Assembly (NCBI RefSeq): GCF_001194135.2
Contig: NC_068984.1
Coordinates: forward strand, 43,052,185 to 43,116,184
Source of the DNA: Octopus bimaculoides
Lineage: Eukaryota
Length of the DNA: 64,000 nt
Direction of reading: 5' to 3'
Part shown: positions 1 through 11,200 of the stretch, piece after piece
How positions within the stretch are numbered: position 1 is the first letter of the stretch
How the letters are laid out: each line of letters opens with the position of its first letter
Notes under the pieces: model-generated
The model's database searches: none
Seen by the model: the letters and a program-made list of their open reading frames with translations, nothing else
Told to the model about the DNA's origin: nothing
Translations under genes and position numbers: made by a program

Positions 1-93
1 CATAAGAGCACCACAGCAAACCACAGCACATACCCAAGGCGCACAGAGCTGCGCTCGGTAGTGAAGTGAAAGCACGTTATAAAAATAAAACTA

Positions 94-96
<3 letters not shown>

Positions 97-160
<64 letters not shown>

Positions 161-224
161 GTGAGGAGGACGACGACGACAAGAAGAAGAAGAAGAAGAA
201 GAAGAAGAAGAAGAAGAAGAAGAA
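97..224. repeat. (AAT)n and (GAC)/(GAA)n microsatellites
   Basis: Directly visible tandem trinucleotide runs. Confidence 0.95.
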
Positions 225-1092
225 ATGGCTGCTTGCGGCTTGTTTTATTGTTGGTCGCTTGCCTCCTTGTTGGGAGGGACTTCCAATAACAAAATTAGTT
301 TGAATATAATAAAAAAAATCTGGATTATTGAGACGATATTATCCCATGAAATGTTAACTATTTTGTCGACAGAAATATAGATGTGCAAATATAGATATAC
401 TTTACAATGGGGTCTTGCTATTAATTTCCAGTCGGAGTTTTGAACACTAGATTTCGAAACGTTATTGTAAAATATGAGATTTAAATATCAGTAATTTTTT
501 ATAGGGAAAAGTCTTCACATCGGCGTTTGCCCAAATCTTAATGATACCATTGAGTTGAACATTACTTCTACTGGTCGTGTACATGAAGCTTCTATAAGAT
601 TTAGAAAGTAGGATACCTTGAGTGGGTTACCTTTTTATAGGTTTATATGAAACTTGAACTCAGTACAATACGAAAAGCACCCGTTTCTCACACCCTTTTT
701 TCCCTTCCTTTTATGATGATAGGCTGCATCTGAACAATGGTGTATATTCCAGTTACCTGGACTTGGATCAGAGATTGTAACGTACCTTAGCTATCAGTGG
801 TATGCGCTACCAATGATAAGATGCGAACCATCGACTCTTTGGCAGGTTATCAGCCATTATATAATTTCGACTATCTGCGATTTCTTCAACAAACTTTCAT
901 ATTAACCATAATACCTCCACTTGTTATTCAAATCCCACCAAGCAAAAAGAATGAAAATAAGTTGAGTCATTACACTATCCCTCTCTTCGGACAAATGCAT
1001 TTTGTAACTAGACGATACTACTACTACAAGATTTAAATCGCGTTATTAATGAATTAATCAAGCTTGGAATTAGGAACTATAGGGAACACTGG

Positions 1093-1185
1093 CCGGTTGG
1101 TTGGTTTGTCGGTTGGTTGGTCGGTCGGTCGGTCGGTCGGTTGGTTAGTTGGTTGGTTGGTTGGTCGGTTGGTTGGATGGGTGGT
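1093..1185. repeat. compound (GGTT)/(GGTC)n tetranucleotide microsatellite
   Basis: Directly visible. Confidence 0.9.
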
Positions 1186-1991
1186 TATGTGACATAATTA
1201 ATTATGCTGCTAGAGTTCCTAAGTGTAAGAAGCAATATAAACTAGAAGCGTATTAAATTCCAGAAGAGAAAAGTACTTTCCGGTAAAAGAGAATTAAATA
1301 GATAAAACATACACACAACATTACATTATGTATTACATTTCCTAAAGCGGTGAGTAGGCAAAAACGGTAGAGCGCCAAACTCAATATGCCGTAGTGTTTA
1401 GTTTCAGACTTCCATTTTCCAAGTTCTAAATAACTCCGACATCCACTTTCATATTCAGTCTAACAGGGTTGTTGATGTTGTTGTTGTTTCGCCCTATGTC
1501 ACCTCTGATCGAATAGACATACAACCAAAGGTATCCTAATCTAAAATAAACCTCGTCTTTTCAAGTTACATTATCCAGTATCTCTTTGTGTTTTTTTATT
1601 AAGACGGCAAAGAAGAATGTGATATTTGGATGCTTTTTCTAGCCGGCCGAGCGACCTCTAGAAGTTTCCCTCGTTATTTTATTCTAATACATGTTAATAT
1701 CTTAAGCTGAGAAATATGATTTTTTTTTTTTTATCTACTCGCTTGGATTAAGAAAAATAAATAGTAAGTTCTAAAGAACAGTAATGGGTTGATTCTCTTG
1801 ATTGTGCAATAATTCTACATGTAAAGAGACGAATTTGCAGATCCGTCACAGCATCGGTTAGAATGCCTTTGTACAATTTGTTTGGGTCCTCTACGTTGAA
1901 ATCTCTTAATTCAAATATTGCTACGGCCAAATTCACTTTTCATCCATTCAGTTATCAATCAATAATGTACTACTCCAATAATGGGCTTAAT

Positions 1992-1993
<2 letters not shown>

Positions 1994-2081
<88 letters not shown>
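1994..2081. repeat. (CT)n microsatellite
   Basis: Directly visible; produces the spurious SL-repeat ORF at 1863..2096. Confidence 0.95.
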
Positions 2082-2083
<2 letters not shown>

Positions 2084-2149
2084 ATTGTTTCTGTAATTCA
2101 AAAGGAGCATAGTTTTAATGCTGATTTAACCAAAGAGTTACTTTAAAGA

Positions 2150-2764
2150 TACCCTTCCTCTTAGGACTCTAGTGCTCTTCCTTTACTCATGGGTTGAGGA
2201 ACTGACTTCAGTCCGGTTTTGTATTGAAGAACTGGGTATAAACCATTGCACAACTGTTGATTATAACAGCTGTGTTAGGGAAATATGTGCATAGGACTTT
2301 GCTTCGTCATCCAATTAAGTTTGGTGGTCCTGGGATGATTGTTGAGATCGATGAAACAGTCTTCTCAAGACGTAAGTACAACCGATAAAGGGTCCTACCT
2401 GAGCAGCGGGATTTTAGAGGAGTGTGTCGCAAGACCAGAGAGGGGGTTTTTTTTTCTGTATGCGGTGCCATGTCAGAATCGTGACACACTGGAAGAATGC
2501 ATACGTCACTCGATTCTTCCAAGAACCACAATTTCCAGCGATTTGTGGAGGGCGTACTCTCACATTCCTGAAATTGATGGTTACAATTTTGAGCATAAAG
2601 CGGTGAACCACAGCTTTGGGTTTGTTAACTCGAAAGATGGTACCCACACTCGACAAGTGGAAAATACATGGGCCTCTGTAAAGCGAGATAATAAACGACG
2701 CTGTGGCACTCACCGTTCTATGGTTGATTCACTTCTCTGTGAATTTGTGGTGCAGGAGATATGA
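2150..2764 (+). mobile_element. Merlin/IS1595 (ISXO2-like) DDE transposase relic
   Basis: Stitched frames read FGGPGMIVEIDETVFSRRKYNR*RVL...RDTLEECIRHSILPRTTISSDLWRAY...HKAVNHSFGFVNSKDGTHTRQVENTW. In-frame TAA at 2386-2388 and a frameshift near the poly-T run at ~2450. Boundaries approximate; no TIRs identified. Confidence 0.85.
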
Positions 2765-5544
2765 AAATTGGGATTTGTTCGGGAAATTGATTGAATGCAT
2801 TTATAATTCGCTGTTTTGTTTTTAGATAAATCTTTTGAGTTCGTACTGATGCTAAAATGTTTGTTTTTTAAGCATATTTAATTTGTAATGTGCTGCTTCT
2901 TATCGCATGTAATGTGTTGTTTATCGTATTTAATACATATTGAATGCTTGAGACTACAAAAGACATGTTATTTACTCTTTCTTCCTTTTTTCTTTTTTTT
3001 TGTGTCATTGAAGTCGTTGTGAGGCGTGCTAAAATGAACAGCTAAATAACGTTTTTGGATAAATCTTTTAAGTTCGTACTATCGCATCATATGCATATTG
3101 AACGCTTAAAACTACAAAAAAAGGTATTGTTCACTCGTTTTCCGCGTGTAGAATACAAATACTGACAACACGTGCTATTTTCAGGATATTGACAAAATCT
3201 GCAGTCACGTACAAAATGACAGCTTCCTAATCCTGTTTCCTGACTGGGTGAAAATGATCAAGCTTTAGACCTTAATAACTTTTTTAAAACATTTTTCTGG
3301 AAAAAGTGAAACAACTCTAGCAATTCAGCTTGGAAAACTACATTAATGTGTCAAATCTAAAATTTTCGATAAGCATTTTTCAAATGCTGACAGCCAGACA
3401 GAAAATGATCAGATAAAGTACCAACTGAACATTAAGTTGCAGTAATCAACTAACTCTCCCACAAAATTTCAAGCCTTGTGCTTATGGTAGAAAAATTCAC
3501 GAATAAGAATTCAGTTCAACCAACAACTGACCTCTCATTGCCGAAACCGACGGAGAATGCCTTCGAAAGATTTATTCGATCTTATTGGCTCCTGGTACTT
3601 ATTCTAGTCTTATATCGATCTGTGTTGAATAGCTAAGTTTTTACCTTTTAAATACATTACATTACTTCCACAGAAATTATTTTATTCTTTCAATAGAGTT
3701 TGATGCTTTTATTTAGTCCCAGATCACTAATAATTGAGCAGACTCATAATGGCAACTATGACAATCCGACCTTTCTCACATATCGTGTATCGTGGATTGC
3801 ATTATCAAATACATTCTCTATAAATTAAGATGGTGGAGTGTTATTGGAAAGATATTTCACATCTGCCTCTCGCAGTTGGAGCAATTGCCTAAAGCAGTGG
3901 GATTCCAACATTTTCTATGTCCCGCACCATAGGAAATGTTTGATTAATTATCGCACACCCTACGAAAGCAATATCAAATTTGAAAATAAAGAAGTCAATT
4001 TTCTAATAACTATTTTTTTTTTTTTTTTTTTAGTAAAGCACATACAGTAGTGTGGAATAATAAACTCCTTTTTTTATCTTCTTTTTTTTTACTTATAGAA
4101 CAACTTATTTTTAACTGGAAAGTAATGACATTGTTCTGAAATAATTTTAGTCCGATTTTAATAAAGAATGTCATTTCCCTCTTTGTTGCACCCCCTGAAA
4201 TATTTTCTCCCACTTCGAAGGTTCGGGTACCTCGGGTTAGGAATCCTTAACCTAGAAGTTTCTTCTTTAACTAGTTCTGCTGAAAAGTTTAACAGTTTAA
4301 TTTAAAGTAGATAGCTTCTTTCTTTTTGTATGCAATTTCTTTTTTCATTTTTTGTTTACTTCCAGCACTATTTTCTCCTTTTAATTGAATATATAAATAA
4401 ATTATATTCCTTTTAGTAACGTAAATAAATCATTTTCAAATATAAATACTATATGTTTAGCAGCCAAATATATCTACATATACATCTGGCTTCTGGTTAT
4501 CCATCTAATTTTTATATAACAGTAAAGAATATGTGAAGAGTTGTAACATGAGAAGTTTTCGGAAATTTTATATATTAAGTGTAAAATATTGCGTTCTGGA
4601 AAATAAACTGAAATGCCACTGGACAAGTCGATAGAATTTAGACAATGAACTTACTATAAATAGATATCCTAATGTAGTATAGCCTACAGCTGGACGTAAG
4701 CCAAAGTGAGATGACCTCATTCGACTTGTTAAATATAACACCTATATATCCACCAAACAATTCCCTACAGTCTTAAAAATAGTAGAACTAATTGGATAAC
4801 GTAGTCATGGATACTATGTCGGATTTCAGCATAAACTAAAACAGCTTAGAGACTCATAATCCGTTGGGGCTTCAAAAGGATTAAGACGTACACATATTTA
4901 CAAATTTTTTTGAGATCGTCTGGTGTAATTTTTGACGAGGGCCTACAAGTTTTAGATAGTTTAGCGTTTCACAAGTAGCCACTCACATTCACCTTTCAAG
5001 AAATTTGCAGGAAAGCAGCAATTCCCTCTCTACTCTCACTTAACTTTTCAAGTGAAACTTGAAAAAGTTGATAACTTGGCCAAAAAAGGTGTCTATTTTC
5101 AGCTCTATCAATCTAATTCACTATACTACCTCTTTCGCCATAGCAACCAAACAAACACTGCCAATCCTCCCAACGAAAGAGAGTAGCAGGATGATCTTTA
5201 CATTTGACTCCATTGATAGCTGGATCCGTCCGGCACGTATCAACAAGTGTTTGACATAACTCTGATCGGGCAATGGACGAACTCATGCAGAACAGTTTCG
5301 TCGCTCTGCCTGCATCTCAGGCAGGTTCAACTGACGGTACTTCTATGCCTATATCACGAACTGGCAATGTCTCCGGTACCACTGCCAGGCTAGGGATTTC
5401 TGGAAATTTTTCATCGGCCGACCCCGTCCCAAAATTTTTGTGAAAGAGATTTGCTTATTGCAAATCAGTGACCGATGGTCACTTTGTTTACAATATATCT
5501 CTGGCAGAAGAGGATCTTAGCTATCACTCTATTACACAGGTGCA

Positions 5545-5591
5545 CGTAGCTGACGAAGAGCCGGCTAGCTCGAAACTGGGCCAGTCCGGCG
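5545..5591 (+). ncRNA. Minimal type I hammerhead ribozyme motif of Penelope-like-element type (probably degenerate)
   Basis: CTGACGA (5550-56), extra A, stem II GAGC/GCTC with a 6-nt loop, GAAA (5572-75), palindromic stem III ACTGG-G-CCAGT, GTC cleavage triplet (cut after 5586). Stem I is weak, with an A-G mismatch. Confidence 0.7.
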
Positions 5592-5995
5592 ATCCGTTAG
5601 CTGATGGAGGTTAGTAAGGGTTCGCTCCCCCTGCTAGCAATATATTGTATATAAAGGATGCAGAACGTTGCATTGAAACCAGCTAGCGGAGATTCTGCCC
5701 AGGGTTAAACTAGTAGTAACATTCATCTGCCACTTTCATGTGGCAACTTTCTCTACTGTTTATATATATATATNNNNNNNNNNNNNNNNNNNNNNNNNNN
5801 NNNNNNNNNNNNNNNNNNNNNNNNNNNNNNNNNNNNNNNNNNNNNNNNNNNNNNNNNNNNNNNNNNNNNNNNNNNNNNNNNNNNNNNNNNNNNNNNNNNN
5901 NNNNNNNNNNNNNNNNNNNNNNNNNNNNNNNNNNNNNNNNNNNNNNNNNNNNNNNNNNNNNNNNNNNNNNNNNNNNNNNNNNNNNNNNNNNNNNN

Positions 5996-6031
<36 letters not shown>

Positions 6032-7056
6032 CGTCTGGGGAGTTATTCTCTTTTAGTGCCTTATTATCTAACACACTCACAGGTTCAGTTTCCACTCATT
6101 TACTTATTTGTTTTTTCTAGAATTTTCGTTGCGTCTTGTAACCTTTTCAATAGTCATTGACTCTGATCGTTATCCGAGCTGCGTTCTTTATATTTGTTTG
6201 TGCAGTTTCAGCTCCGGCTTTTTACACTCTGACCGAAACGGCTGCAACGACACTAGTACCAAGCTGGGTTGGCCCAAATCGGTGGCCTTACACTTTAATG
6301 AAAGCCAGTAACTTGAAGAAATGAGGCTTTTAGCCATTCTTCCTCAGAAACAAATATCTTGCCTGAGCCAGCTCATATATGCAGATGAACCTTGACTGAC
6401 AGAGCCTCCTCACTAACCCGTAAGTGGACAAGACAAAGATAAAAACTATAGAAACAAATCAATAAAGAAGTTGCTAGACTGCTGGAAATAGCAATCAGAC
6501 TTCCTACAATTTTCAAAAACACGTATGGCATAATATAGTTCTAGTTACACAATTTATGAATAAAAGATGAAATAGTCTTCATCATAGATCTTCCCAGTCA
6601 AGATTAATTTGGAATTAAACTATCGAACAAGATTCGATGGACTGTTTTGTTTTGTTTTTGTAACAACATTGAAATCTTCTTCCATATTATCTCAGTTGCA
6701 AATAAATACGAAAATTTCTTGAATATTAAAAAATAAACGAAAATTTCATAATTCAGCTGTACTATATTGCATAAACGTTGAAGATGGTGCTCATATATAC
6801 GAACACATTCAAGAGAGTAAAAAATATATATATATACATCTAAGGGAGGCAATTCTGGAAGAGTTGTTTCCCCTACTAAGTAATGTATCAATGTTAATGT
6901 AATTTAAGTCTAGAACAGCTGATTCCAGATTTAGTCGAAACAAATTCACTGAGTACATTTCTTTGAAAAAAAAATGATAAAAAGTTAATACTTTTATTTG
7001 CGTTCTATTTTCAGTTCCTCTTACAATTGACTTTGTCGTTCATCTTAGGTTCAAAA

Positions 7057-7060
7057 CGAT

Positions 7061-7097
<37 letters not shown>
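7057..7097. repeat. (GATA)n microsatellite
   Basis: Directly visible. Confidence 0.9.
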
Positions 7098-7098
<1 letters not shown>

Positions 7099-7779
7099 TA
7101 ATAGTTATCGCCAAGCTAACATGGCAGTCCAGAAAAATAGGACGAATGCTGCCGTTGATTAGCTCCAAGAGGCCACCGCCTCTAGCTAGCTATGTGACAC
7201 ACGAACCTGTGTCCATTATAACCTTCGAACAGGGGAGGTCAGCCGCTTCTTCTTGCAGGTCTGGCATCTACAGACTAGTTTCAGGGTATTTGCCTTTTAT
7301 CGACGTAGAGCAGCCGAACCGAGCACTGAATTTAGGGACACTTAGAAATATTAATATTTCTATTTTTGAAAACCAGTGGATGTATTCTACTAGACTTAGG
7401 TAAATAATCCTTCGAACAGACAGTCAGCAACGGCTAACATAACATGGGTGATAATTTATAAATTTTACTCAAATGGAGATCGCAATATACAAAGAAAACA
7501 AGCAAGACTGCACGCCTAAAGAATCCTAATCGAGACAAATATAAGATTAAAAATTAATTATTATTCTTCAAACATATCTCTACCCACGGTATATACTTAT
7601 CTCTCATAATATTTTTATAATTTTTAGTTTTATTATGTATCATAATTACTACTACAGGTAAAATTTAGTATGTTATGTTACCTCACCTAAAGCCACCTTC
7701 GACATATGTTGTTATGCCTAGCACCCACATAGGTGGCGCCTCCTTGGAGGCGGTGCTGCCCCGTTGAGTACCTCTGCGT

Positions 7780-8040
7780 AGAGTGAGTGCGACAGAGCGA
7801 TAGTTGGTTGAGTCGGAGGGGTTGCCTTTCTTGGAGATGGGACAAATTGTAGTGTGTTTCCAAAGATCAGGATAAATCCCTGTAAAGAGGGAAAGTTTGG
7901 TGAATTTAGGAGCTAAATTTGGAGTACAATGTTTGAGAGTAATGGAGAGACACCGTCAGAACAAGTGGCCTTATTGTTTCGAAGTGACCTAAGATACTTT
8001 TTGCGTCCGACGCAATGTCTTTTAGAGCTAATAATAACTG
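7780..8040 (-). mobile_element. CR1/L2/Jockey-type LINE reverse transcriptase fragment
   Basis: Minus strand: YLRSLRNNKATCSDGVSP...GIYPDLWKHTTICPISKKGNPSDSTNYRSVALT (cf. KAxGPDG...WK...PIPKKG...NYRPI); frameshifted. Confidence 0.8.
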
Positions 8041-10562
8041 GGACCGCTACTCCTGACGACGCTACATTTAAACGTGTCTTTATCTTCAAGTATTTACCAT
8101 TACTTTTTTTTTTTTTTTGTGATCTGAGGCGGTGAACGTTAAAATACAGAAACATACATTCAGGGTAGGCTGCCTTTTGGTGGTGACTGACATTGGTAAA
8201 GTGTTAAAGAAGAGAGTTTGCTGACTGTTAGAGGGTAGTAATCTTATATGAAGTTGTTGTTGAAGCTTTAGAGTTGTTAATTCCTGCTTATTATTTGCAT
8301 GATTAAGAATTCGTTATTAAAATTGGATTATTCTATATGAGATGTCTCTTTTGTAATGCATGGAGAAATTAAAATCTTGCAATGATACCATATTTGAGTG
8401 ATCCAGCACGAATATTACAGTAACATAACTCGATCTGGATCATTCTAAACTTTAAAACGTTGATATTGCAGATTACTGGCAAACATATGTCTCCAACATA
8501 AATCACAAAAGAAGCAATAAAACGCAATATAATAGTGATCAGTATCGCCATCAGACAGGAACTAACTAGATTTACTTGACACCTTTCACGCGCAAATGTC
8601 TTCTTTATACACTGGCGGAAAATTGTTTTATCGGGCGATCGCCCTAACTGCAGCTAAAGGAAGGCCTTTAGAGAATTAACAGAAGTTTAAGCCAAAATGG
8701 CTGCACGAACCAAGTTCTTTCGGCGACGTATAGTTTTCAATATTCATTTTTCCAGAGCTACAACAACAGTGCTCCGCCGTACAATATTCAGTTATTCATT
8801 TCCATTTCTTTGAGTTAGAATCCTACAAGGGGTGCCAAATTAATCACCAAAATAGCTACTTATGAACATTTAATCTATTTTAATTCTATTCACATCTACG
8901 ATATTTGTAGTAATATTAAATATTTGTCTGATCAACCCTGAGAAAATATAAAAGTTAAGTTGACCTCGGTAGGCTTTGAACAAAGAACGTAAAGAGCTGT
9001 AACTAAAGACTAAATTGCTAACGATTCATCTGCTAAAAATAGAGAGTGGATTTTCGGTGTTCTGGCTCTACAGACTCTATGGAGATAGTGTACACGCAAT
9101 TACACATGCGCATGATCATTTGCTGAGTGAAGCTAAAAGTAAATCTCGGTTGCTAATCTTCAGAAATATTGCTTATTAAATACTCTTGGTTAAATAGAAG
9201 CAAATAAAGTACTCTGAAAATTTTATAAATATATTACTTAGCAAGAGAGCTAAAATTTAGAAACCTCATCTGCAGTCTAAGAGGACCAGGATTCGAGCAT
9301 GCGTGTGTTGATGCAGAAGTAGTTGAGCGCTTTTCAGGTGATGATGCTTTGAGATTTCCCCCACTGATGTCGTATGCAGAATATTGAGAGTGAATAGTAA
9401 CAGCACGGCCTTCTGATGGACAAATTGGCAATTTGGATGTGTGTGGACATTGAGTGAATGATATGTGGCATGATGTACAACGACGTATACTTTCATTCAC
9501 TTGTTCAGTTGTCCTAGATGAAGTTGTGAATACCTTGTTGCCAGGATAATCACTCTAGCATTAGTGGAGTTTCAAGCACCCGAGATTATTTCATTGAATG
9601 ATAAGGGTTGACAATAGAAAACATATACAGTGTTAATTTCTCTAACAAGAATAGTAGCTTAACCCCTTTAAAAAGAGACTTGCTAAGAATGTTTTAAATA
9701 TGACTGTTAAAGTGACTATTTTGGAGTAGTTCAGTACGAATAAACTATGTGGAAGGGGCAAGTAAAATCCAAACACAAAACATTTTACAAAGTTTAAAAT
9801 TAATGCTGACTGGAATTCCTACTATGAGTTCTCAAGCTTTAAATGTAGTTGAATTTCTCATTCATGAATTTTGCGTCAGTAAAATATCTAATATTATTTG
9901 GATACTTAAGTGGTTCGCACCTTTACATTTCGGTAGCTATTGAAGACGAGGATTAATGTTAAGACTACCACACATTAATAGATTAAAACATAAGAAAAGA
10001 AAAGAAATTATATTTTCTTTCTTCCACATAACTTCACTTCCAGGCCCACCGACTACTTGCAACAATCCTGAAAAAAGAACATAAAAGTTTTAAATTCCAC
10101 TTGAGACGCTTCTTAAATCCTATATATTTCTGTAATCTTTCTAACATTCAATTTAACAAGCAGGATTTTTATTCTGTCGGGGAAATAGCGCGTCAAATTC
10201 TGTCGTACCAGTTGAACAAAATTATATAATGGTAATTCAAAAAGTCTGCATAATGTGGAATAACAGCTGAAATTATAAAAGTGGAACCCAAAATATAGTC
10301 TTTCTAATGAATGCAATTGTATACATACATATATATTTACACATGAATACACACATCTACGTGTGCGTGTGCGTGTGTAAGTGTTCAATAAAATGAATGA
10401 AAAATTATAGCCTTCCTCAACAGAAAATAACAAAAAAATGTATTTAAAAAATTTATGAAAATATTGGTCTAAAATTTTGGCACGGGGCCAGTAGTTTCAG
10501 GAAGGAGACCAAGACGATTACATCGACCCAATGCTCAACTGGTATCGGTCTAGTAGTAGTAG

Positions 10563-11134
10563 GGATCTTTTTTAAAACGGGGGCCACATTTTTCATTAAC
10601 GAAACACTTTGAAACTTGGAACACTGGTAGAATGTGTCATATAAAACATCTTTTTCTCTTAGTCTTCTTAAAAAAAAAAAAGAAATCCATAAGTTATTCC
10701 ATGTTGAAGTTGTCGTATTTCTGTAATTTCAACCAATCACTGACGTCCATTCAGCCGATATACATTAAGTGCCGACTACATAAACAAACGATTCTGAAAC
10801 AATTAACCCTAACCCTAACCGTAGGGTTAGGGTTAGGGTTAAAGCAAATTTAAAATGAAAAAAGCAAATAAAACGAAGGTATGGAGATTAAATACGCTTT
10901 ACATCGCTTAATCAGCCAAAGGAGTAAATATAAACAACTGAATACTTGTCAGTGATTGGTTGAAATTATCGAAATAAGACAATTTTTTTACATGAAATAA
11001 ATTCGAATACAAAAATATTTTTCTTTTCTATAACACAAAATAGATAAGTATACGAAGTTTGAAAGTCTTTCCGTACCAAAAACACTACGTAAAACATTAA
11101 TGAAAAATGTGGGCCCCCGTTTTAAAATAGATCC
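10563..11134. mobile_element. 572-bp foldback MITE (non-autonomous DNA transposon)
   Basis: Terminal IRs GGATCt.ttttaaaacgggggcc(c)acatttttcattaa; inner 35-bp IR pair (10710-10744 / 10948-10982); direct flank agtagtagtag on both sides; central telomeric palindrome at 10803-10842. Confidence 0.85.
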
Positions 11135-11200
11135 AGTAGTAGTAGTAAGGCGGCGAGCTGGCAGAATCGTTAGCACACCGGTCGAACTGCCTCGCGGTAT

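Noticed and set aside
797-1036. 79-aa ORF and nearby AG/GT pairs
   Set aside because: No recognisable domain or partner exons.
1748-1936. IFELRDFNVEDPN resembles the LINE endonuclease GDFN motif
   Set aside because: Single weak motif with the Gly missing and no supporting context.
5738-6160. Long ORFs full of X (also 17590-17823, 28865-29444, 60996-61793)
   Set aside because: Open only because they cross N gaps and (TA)n runs.
6118-6235. Two further hammerhead-like strings on the minus strand (UUGAAAAG-GUU...AAC-GAAA; AAAAAGCC...GCUGAAAC)
   Set aside because: The core deviates at several invariant positions and no NUH site or stem I can be formed.
8369-8551. Hydrophobic 60-aa ORF, superficially transmembrane-like
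   Set aside because: Expected by chance in AT-rich DNA; no receptor motifs or splice support.
10803-10842. Telomere fusion scar or G-quadruplex
   Set aside because: The repeat order is opposite to a fusion, there are only three GGG tracts, and it lies inside a MITE.
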